From NCBI GenBank assembly GCA_964016885.1, contig OZ024740.1, positions 358,236,001 through 358,300,000 on the forward strand: a DNA stretch of 64,000 nucleotides. Direction: 5' to 3'. Numbering within the stretch: the first letter of the stretch is position 1; every line of letters begins with the position of its first letter. The position numbers and the translations under genes are program-made. The stretch comes from Eledone cirrhosa. Taxonomy: Eukaryota. The notes beneath the pieces were generated by a model, which ran no database searches, was not told where the DNA came from, and saw only the letters and a program-made list of their open reading frames with translations. Below are positions 54,695 to 64,000 of the stretch, in pieces.

Positions 54695-56371
54695 CTTTTG
54701 CCTCACCTTGCTCGGACTGATAACATAAAAACTTGTAGTGGCACTTGGTACTATTAACACCGGGGCATTATGAAGCTTTAACTATAATTGTTTCTACTTT
54801 TGGCACAAGGTCAGCCATTAACCCAGTGCATTACTGGTACTTTATTTTATCGACCCCGTAAGGATAAGAAGCGGGCGGAATGCAAAGGCGGAATTTAAAA
54901 TGTAATGGCTGATAGTAAAGTGGTAAAATTGTGTAAAGCTAACAATATTAATGTAGAGAGTGAGAAATAAACACCTAGTAACTCGGAGCGGATTGGCTCC
55001 CCGTAGGTGCGAGCCCCACGAGGTAGAGTGGCTGCTCCAGTGCGTCTCTCTAGTCGTCTTCCGGGTCAGTTTCTTCTCCATCCTGTCAGCCGGGACCGCG
55101 AGGCGAACGATATATTGGGTAGGAGTAGAGAGGCAGTTTTCAGACGAAAGTGTTAATAATGGTGAAACACACACACTCACACTTTATAGTATCATATATA
55201 CCTCACCTAGCTAACACTCACATGAATTAAATAGTTTTGTGCCAAGCATATATTAGAACCATCTCTTACTAGAAACAGTATTGTACCTGTCAAATGCTTT
55301 GAAATATGGAATTGAGTCACTTCCCGTCAACAAAAGAATTTCTATGTTGTCTGGCTAAATTATATTTTAACGGTCTGAGGAAGAAGGAAAGCAAGGATTA
55401 TTTTAGTTATGAACCTCTCCATGTTTCAGCCATTTTGCTTTTCTCCAAAATAGCAAACTATCACAAAAAGTCTTTGTTCCTCTTTTTTTTAATATATACT
55501 TCTTTTTCATAGATGAAAACATACTGAAATTTCGACTATGGCAATAAATAAATAAATAAATAAATGAATAAATAAATAAATGAATAAATAAATGAATGAC
55601 TGAATAAATAAATAAATAATTAAATAAAAATGAAAAATAAGTCAAAGGAAATATGACAATGAACATTTTAAGTCGCTAAAGTATATTTTGTCCCATGGAC
55701 ATGTTTGAATTCAGCACCACGAGATGATGAATCGATCGCCAAGAACTCTACCTAATGGAGTTGTACGGTACATGATGTCTACAGCCGACTGATGTAGTCG
55801 GTTTAAGGGTTATACATTTTGGATATGGATTGACAGAACACTGTTGACACAATAGAAACCTGCTTCCAGTGCCGGGTTTAGAACAAATGAAGCCCTGCGC
55901 TAGTTAAGTTATGAGGCCCCTTACTTGGGTCCTGAAGGAGGTAAAACTTCTTTTGACCGGAAGATTGCTCCCCGCTGGCCAACGAGGTCCTGTGCTTAAG
56001 CACACCGGAGCACCCGGCACTGCCTGCTTCTGTTAGACATCTTATCGGGCCTCTAATAAAGAAATTACCGAACAAAAACAAGCAGATAACATTACAATAG
56101 AAATATCAATCGATACTTTATTTCTATTATACTTAAAGTTTCTGTTTTATTTTGTTGATTTTCTTTTCAAATTACATATATTTATTGTTATGTATTTTTT
56201 TTCAAACCAACATTCTCTTCCGCCTTATTCTCCTTTTCCTTCTGTTAATCAACACCACCAACATCATCGCCATTACCATCTCATCATTATAATCAATACC
56301 AAGATTTAGTTTGCCTGTTTCAACTAAACTGGGATCAAGGAAAGAAAAACAAACATTACATCACAATTTAC

Positions 56372-56444
<73 letters not shown>

Positions 56445-56602
56445 ATACATAATGTATAATATATATATAATATATATATAATATATATATATAATATATA
56501 TATATATAATATACAATATATATATATGTATATATACAGTATGTTATGTGTATATACATAACATGTATATACACATAACATACTATATAATATACATATA
56601 TG

Positions 56603-56673
<71 letters not shown>

Positions 56674-56768
56674 AACGACAATAATAAACAACACCGTTAT
56701 TTAAGAATAAATAATGATACATTAAATAAACAACAGGTGAAGAAAGCATAAAAAAGGCGAATAAATAC

Positions 56769-56821
56769 CTAGATTTTGGTTCTGCTTCCACTTCATCAGT
56801 TTTTGATGAATTTGCTCCCAT
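56769..56821 (-). CDS. Ankyrin-repeat protein, first coding exon ([17 protein letters not shown]+AG)
   Basis: gacATGG start context; 53 nt ending AG|GTATTT; phase 2 matches the acceptor at 40364 (AG+C = Ser, then LKRRLT). Confidence 0.8.
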
Positions 56822-58609
56822 GTCTTTCGATTGTGTAGAAACCTCCCTCTATTGAATTTACCTTTGACGTTCGGGCTGTGTTTATGTGCTGTACTTGCTG
56901 CTTACTGCACGACCTCGTAAATACTAGTAAATATTATTTGCAGCAAAAGATAAATTCCTTAACAGATCTCAGTATTTGTCGACAGCAAATAGAAAGAAGA
57001 ACCTGTTTGTTGGACGGCGTGTGATTGTCTAACATCCGGGCGAATGAGTCAAATGTAAGTACCGGTAGATCAAGTTTGTTGACCACTCCACCACCTGATA
57101 CTCACTAATACCACTTAACCTCTTGCGACTTAAATTATTAAGACTAGCTTCGGTTTAATCCGTGTATGTTTGTCTCTGATTGTGGTCACTGCTTTTGTTA
57201 CCGTTATGTTTGCTATTGTCTAGAAACATTCATTACCTTTAATTCAGAAATACTATGAGATGAAATGCAAAACAGCCGAAAGCAGAAAGTTTTTTTTATC
57301 AAATTCATATGTAGAGAGTTCAAATTCGGTTTGAGCATTTTATTATTTTTCGAGGCAACTAACTTAATTCCATAATTATCCGAGTATACAGCTGCTAAAA
57401 GGGATAAAAGCCTTGTTATTTGGTGGTGGTGGGTGTTCCTGTGACAGAATAGCGTCCGATCAAGGGAAATTTAATCTCTCGATCATTAAAGATTACGGCA
57501 ATTGGGGTTGTAAACAGGTCGCAATAATTAATGAGCTGAAAAGGGGTTAATTTCTGTGAGAAGCATAAGAGGACCATTGTATTAACTGCCAAGATTAAAG
57601 CAGTAACAATGAAAGACGATTTTTTTTCTTTTAACCCCTGGTGTTGATATGCAAATTTGCCAAGTAAATAAGGTACTGAACCGTTAAAGCTTATTTGTTT
57701 AGTATCTGGTAGGATAAGTAACCAGGTGCCAAGTTGGTTTTGGAAAGTTGCCTTCATTAAACTTAATTACTGTCCAGGAGATGACTTGTTTCTGATCTAC
57801 GTAGACAATGGAACTGAGCACTCGTATAATAGTTATTGACTGTTATGATTCGAAAGGGCTTTCTAAAAACTTCATTTAGACTGGCGAATGACGTTTAGAA
57901 ATGACTGGATGCATTATTGTAGTTGCCGAGTGATTTTCTTCAATTTTTTAAGCAAAGCAATTTGCCTCTGAATAGATTAACAGATGTATAACGCCTTCAA
58001 ACACCTCTTACCTTTATAAAAGGTAATGTAAGACTTCACGCACCTACACAAACACACTCAAACACTATATAAGAGGTTACATGGATAGACAGGTTTAGAA
58101 AAGGAGAGTAATAAAGAAAAAAAATGGTTGAAGAAATAATGAGGGGTATGACAATAACAAAGTAAAGTGACGGTCTGTAAGAATATTTCTCCGTGATTGA
58201 ATAGCTAACATATTTTTACGAAGGCCTTGATAATCCCTAATAATATAATGGCAATAGTCAGAAGAAGCTGAAGTATGTTGCCGGCAAAATTTTTGGAATT
58301 TTGTAAACATTGCAATTTATTACAACTTAGTGTAAAAGAATTACGCTATTTAGATTTTTCTTTCATGTCTTCCGAGGCCATATTTGCCTTTTATTTCTCC
58401 GGGTGCAGTAATTTAAGTACCAATACAAATACCAATATACAATTGACTTCTACTAATTAGTTAGGCAAATATTCTAAATAAATAAATAAATAAATAAGGA
58501 TGAAAAATCATTATTATCCAACTGCTGAAACTAAAGGAAGTTTGGGTGAAGAAATATTTTAAGGATTTTTGTTACCAGGAAGATGAGGCAGGTTCTCTCT
58601 TCCACAAAG

Positions 58610-59222
58610 ACATCCAATATTTCTTCTTCTTCTTCTTCTTCTTCTTCTTCTTCTTCTTCTTCTTCTTCTACATATTCCTGTGAATTTATGGGGGAGAATC
58701 CTCAGACGCGATTTCCAGAGAGTCCTATCAGAAGAAACCATTTCCAACGGATCTGGTTTGATCCTCAAACGAAACCAACCGAGCACAGAAGCTGGTGTAG
58801 TAATGAACCATCCTTAGTAGTCGGTCATCAGAGGAAGGGGGGGGGGGGGGGGTAGGGGGATAGGAGTAAAAGCCAAACTCGTTACCCTCGTGCCTACTCT
58901 TACCTCTGGTCATAAATTGTGGATAAAAACCGAAAGGGTATGATCGTGAATACAAACGGCTGAAATAGGGCTCCTTCGAAGGGTCTTTGGAGTAATGTTA
59001 CTCGTTAGGATGCATAGCTTGGAAATGAGGGAGTCGCTCCTGATAGAGTCGCTGCTTCTCGGCATCGTGAGATGACAGCTCTGATACTATGGATATTTGG
59101 TTAGAAAGTCAAAGGAAAGGATCCATGGACAGATTTTACGGGCAAAGCCAACCAAAAGGTGATCCAGAGGTAGACCACGAGTTAGATGGCTGGATAACAT
59201 CCATGAGCTCAGTTTGCCTCTC
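58610..59222. mobile_element. RTE-type 3' remnants in both orientations; one has a (GAA)n tail
   Basis: 58610-58810 on minus (WLG...RTLWKSRLRILP); 58950-59220 on plus, homologous to 15460-16050. Confidence 0.7.
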
Positions 59223-62200
59223 ACCTAGTATTTAGTGATAAAAAATATTTTCTAACTTTGGCATGAGGACAAAAATTTGTAACATAAGAGTATAATTCAT
59301 ATTATGGAGATCAATTCGAAATCCATAAAGCAGTTGAAATTGCCTGAATAAATTTAAGTTGTTTTTTTTGTTTAACCAACACTCTATACTCATTGCTCTC
59401 ACACAATCCTAAGAATCATCCAAGCCGATATTCTGATCCATCAATAATAACAATGAATGGTTTATTCCCAGGAGTATTTCTAGATACCTAAATAACTCTG
59501 TCGTGCGTAAACGGTAGGATTCATATGAACAATTTGACTGCTATTTCTAGTAAGTCATGTAACCCACGCATGGGTGTCTTCATTGGCTCGTTTGTAGAGG
59601 GAATTTTCTGATTAACTCGCCTAACTTATTCAGGTTCTCTTATGAATTTTACCTTGTTCTTTAAAATTGAAGACGTTGGGGTATCGGATTAAAAAATGCC
59701 CCGGTATTTATTCCTGCTCTCTACGTTCAAATCCCGTCGAGGCCAACTTTCAAGTTTGATAAATTAAGTACCAGTACTGGCATTGATTCTTCTTCTATTT
59801 TCTCTCCTCTCTTTGTTTTTCTCTGGAAGACATCGGCTACAACCTGGATGGGGATGGGCACCACTAGGTTTAAACTGCCTACGACACGCCGTATGTTTGG
59901 ACGGTATCCCTACAATTATATCAGAAACTAAGAGTCCATTATGTTACTTTAGAATCCCAGGGAATTTCAGAAAGCACGGTACTTCTGATTTTAAGTACTA
60001 AAACACTTCTTTTCCTAAAAAATGCTCTTTCTTTTCCCTCTTTACTGTTTGAAAAATACGCTTCGACGACTTTGTTTCTTTTTCATTGGTGCAGAACGAA
60101 GTATTGAGATCAACCTTCGAGTTGATCCGAGGGAGAAGCCACAGAGCACCTGGGTTTCCTTCATTCTCTCAATCAACGTCATCATTAATTCCCTGCTAGC
60201 CATGTAGAAGGAATAAAAATCACTGTTAAATTCATCTGCATCGGACAAGCAAACAATAGGTGGGACTAGTCAATAACTAGGTTCAATTGTCAGGTAAACC
60301 ATCACACTTCACATTCATTGCTAATTAGCTGTTTTACTGTTATTCTTTAAATATAGGTCATCCCTTCTCAAGCAGATCTTCAGATCTTCAAGACGCTTCT
60401 ATCACAACTATTTCATCGTTTTGTGCATCCAGGACTATATTTTCCAATATGTTCCTACTTTGTTACGACGGTAAAATTTGATATAAAATGGGTTGGTTGG
60501 TATTTGTAGCAAGTCGAGCAACCACGTAAGAACTCTTCTGAGATTTTGTTGGCAACCACAGAAGAATCCAGGGCGTTACGGTTGTTGGTCTCTACATTTT
60601 TTAATGGCGGTGTCCATGCTAGAAGAGTGTCCAAGTCTAATGAGACTATTAATGTTTCAGTTATTTCTATATGTGTTTTTCTATATTGTTTACGTCTGGG
60701 TTGAGTTGAAGGGATAGTAGTTTTAGTTGACTGTTCTAGTTATATATGTGTCCGAGAGTTTGGTGGTGATCTTTCATGTAGGAGCAGGTCATTGAGGGTT
60801 GTGGTTTACAGCTACATCAACCTGTGTCCCTCGCATGATCAGGTGCTTTTCATTTTTTGTAGATTATGGGTTCTACCGAAATAGATGAAATTAGCAATAC
60901 TCATATATTAGATTCGATTAAAATCCGCCCATATAATTTGTAACTCAATGCCTCGTTCCCCAACATCACCCACAAAAAGGGCAATAAATAGAGAAAAAGG
61001 AAGCACACTTTAAGAATCCTTTTCAGTCTATCCATGACTGAAAAGTTCTTTGGGATAACTAGGTGAGGTATTTCCTCTATGTTCAGCCTGTTTGGAAGAA
61101 ATTTCATACGGGATTTCATACTTCGATCAAAATCTTAAATTAACCTGGTGGGAGAGAGTATAAAATGCAAAGGGGTATAAAAAGATGGGTATTAAATGCA
61201 AAGTAAGTTTAAGGGATACGGCTGATATATTTGTACTGAGTTAACAAAAGCCGTTTTTATGTCAACAAGTATGACAAATAAAAAAAAAGGTGTTTTAAGA
61301 GGTTTTAATTGGAATAAATGCACATAGCCTATATCCGCGAAGCAGAATTCCTGTCTAAAACCCAATATTTCTTTCCGCTACCTCTGATCACTAATCTCTT
61401 GGATGAAAGAGTTTAATAACAATCTCTTCAGGCAAAATATCGATCTCTGTTTTGGTTTTGCATATTTATTTAGGCAAGGTGTAGAGTTGATCAACTTGAC
61501 CTAGATCTAAAAAGAACAAAGGACGAATAGACTTGTGCAAGATTGTAAATTAGACTGCAGAGAAAGGAAATTATGACAAAACGCCGTTCTGTCCGCCACA
61601 CTTTCTACCAGTTCAATATTTTACACAACTGCTTTAAACTTTCAGCTCGATGTAACGGATATATGCCTTACATTTCTTGATTATTTGGATAACATTAACT
61701 GGTTATTGCATATTACTCTCATTAAGCATTATTAAATTACGTTACCACTGCGATCATAACACAATTAATGCAAACGAAATATTTAGTAAAAGCCATTACA
61801 AATCATGGAATCAAGATAACACATATCAGCAAATAGCTATTGGTCTATTGTCCATATGTATTCGATAATTAATTAATTTGTTTTCAGTTGGAATGTTAGA
61901 AATGTAACAGAAAGTTGTTTAGTTCAATCCTCGCTCCGAAAAGCATGAACAACAGCTCCGATGTAAACTTGTCGGGTATTTTTTATTAGCGTATATAAGT
62001 TAACATTCTCTTGGATAGGAAAGCTACTTGCGACTAACTAGCACGCTTTCCAAGAAGATATTTTTCTCTCAATAACCTACAGCTATAGCCACAGAAGTGA
62101 GGTGTGAACCCGGCGAACACAAATGATAAAACTTACATTAAAGGGTTAAATCAAGGTTGCTATTTTTGCTGCAACTTGAATCATTTATAATAAGTGAAAA

Positions 62201-63102
62201 TATATCATATGTGGAAGTATAAATAATCATTACATTTTATTCTAAATAAAATATGTGAAACACTGATTGAAGGAGGCGTTATAGCTATAAAGAGGGCCGA
62301 CGATAGATTTCTTAGAGAAGGAACTTTAATATATGATAATAAAATGTCCATGTGTGGGATTGCTGATAACCAGTTTGGATAATTCCCATGAGATTTTGTT
62401 CGTAGTCAAGTCATCAAAATTTATACTGGTATATATTTACGTAAAACTTAAACAAAAGCTGAATGCAGTCATAACGCCTCTTATTTGATCTTACACGAGA
62501 AGATTATCCAGCTTCATATACTGTTGTGGTGTATGAAGACGACTAACCTAGACAAGCCAAGGTCATCTTAGTGCTAGGACAAGTACACGAATTTCACTAA
62601 CACGTGTATTCTAAATTTCTCAAAAGGTAACAGGTTTCAAATTAATCAAGCCTATTTACATAAATTTCATCAAGTTTATTTACATAAATGTGACATTTTA
62701 AGATAATTTCAAATGTTTATGAAATGAATATCAAATGGCAAAATATATAAAAGTAATAGGCGCCATTGGATATAACCCTTTAATGTTCAAACCGGCTAAA
62801 ACCGGCCAGAATTCTCTACCTTTTTCTGTTGAAACTGGCTGTAAATGGTCGCTCAAACTGATGTTAAGGTATTGTTCTCAAAATAAATACTTTCAAAATC
62901 TCATAGATTCGATATTATGTGAGATAATTATGCGAAGTAAAGCCTTTACCATGAAAATATAATAGTATATATAGAGAAATGTGAATGCTAAAGGGATAAC
63001 AGACGACATACTATTGGAGTTTGCCAAGTTTAATTTATATGAAGTGTTATAACGTTGAATGTTGATACTATACATTCAAACAAAAACTGGCAATATATAA
63101 CT

Positions 63103-63210
63103 AAGAAGATTTTAGCAGATGCAAGCATATCTATGCTTATGTTTGTACATATATACATATATAAGTACAAACATAGGCATAGATATGCTTGCATCTGCTA
63201 AAATCTTCTT
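63103..63210. repeat. ~45-bp-arm hairpin with TA-rich loop
   Basis: aagaagattttagcagatgcaagcatatctatgcttatgtttgtac / gtacaaacataggcatagatatgcttgcatctgctaaaatcttctt. Confidence 0.92.
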
Positions 63211-63284
63211 TTACACACACACAAACACGCACATTCACACCCACACACACACATCTATGTAGAAATACCCACAATTTGTATAAT

Positions 63285-63510
63285 AGAATTGTTTCTACTT
63301 TAGGCACAAGGCCAACAATTTGAAGGGGAAGGTAAAAGTCGATTAAATCGATCCCAGTGCATTACCGGTACTTTATTTTATCGACCCCGTAAGGATGAAA
63401 AGCAAAGCTAAGCTCAGTGAGATTTGAACTCAGAACGTAAAAGTCCGAAACCCAATGTCACAAAGCATGTTGTCCGACGCCCTACCGACATTGCCAATGC
63501 ATCACCCTTC
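63285..63510 (-). mobile_element. SINE family 1 copy
   Basis: Core plus reverse B box. Further fragments at 8628-8750, 25880-25990, 50195-50262, 54784-54865 and 59720-59780. Confidence 0.85.
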
Positions 63511-63656
63511 AATTTGTATAATATAATATAAACAATACAAACCATGCATACCAGACGTTGGCATTACAGATTACACCAAAGTGTCTCTGAACGTCTGAGT
63601 GTAAGAAATTGGCATGTGTGTGTGTGTGTGTGGTTTTTTTTTCCGCCTCACACACA

Positions 63657-63698
<42 letters not shown>

Positions 63699-63845
63699 TC
63701 CATAAAACTATATTCCAATAATAGAATTTCTCTTACACTCCTGCTGCTGCCATAGAATTTACCTCTAGCCCATACCCTTTTGAACTCTTGACCAGTCAAT
63801 TAACACAATCAGATATACACACACATATTTATAGGATGTCGTCCC

Positions 63846-63876
<31 letters not shown>

Positions 63877-64000
63877 ACAACAACAACTTTGTTCTGTGAA
63901 GAAACACAGCTGCTGCTATCTTCACTACCACCTCTCTATTAACAAGAACTCATTCTCCAGCCCAATTTTGAGCAAGAAAGATGGGAAAAAAACTTACTCC

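Noticed and set aside
54901-55215. Possible solo LTR (TG...CA) interrupting a SINE
   Set aside because: No TSD or second copy visible.
57045-57051. AP-1 site TGAGTCA upstream of ankyrin exon 1
   Set aside because: A single 7-mer is expected by chance and the TSS is unknown.
60042-60248. 68-aa minus ORF, plus coding-like stretches at 26130-26730 and 60900-61120
   Set aside because: No recognisable motif or exon pairing; probably old TE debris.

Overview
AT-rich, microsatellite- and transposon-dense animal genomic DNA. The SINE families and (TA)n/(CA)n density suggest a cephalopod such as Octopus (inference). One host gene is supported: a minus-strand, two-exon ankyrin-repeat gene (exon 1 56821-56769, ~16.4 kb intron, exon 2 40364-39473; 314 aa, N-terminus MGANSSK is a myristoylation motif). 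The main feature is a very young Penelope-like retroelement (PLE) insertion at 16480-25008 with an open ~1290-aa RT + GIY-YIG ORF. It comprises a 3-kb inverted copy, a partial direct repeat and a full 4375-bp unit, with three minimal hammerhead ribozymes (HHRs), and both outer ends run into (TA)n. The same architecture recurs in miniature across the window: short (TA)n-flanked fold-back elements from several unrelated families, several carrying intact or half HHRs. Also present: a decayed second PLE lineage, Tx1/L1-like, RTE, CR1/L2-like and REL-endonuclease LINE remnants, tRNA-type SINEs, mariner MITEs, a hAT remnant and a Helitron end. Coordinates were read by eye, so edges may be off by a few bases; no searches or folding programs were run.
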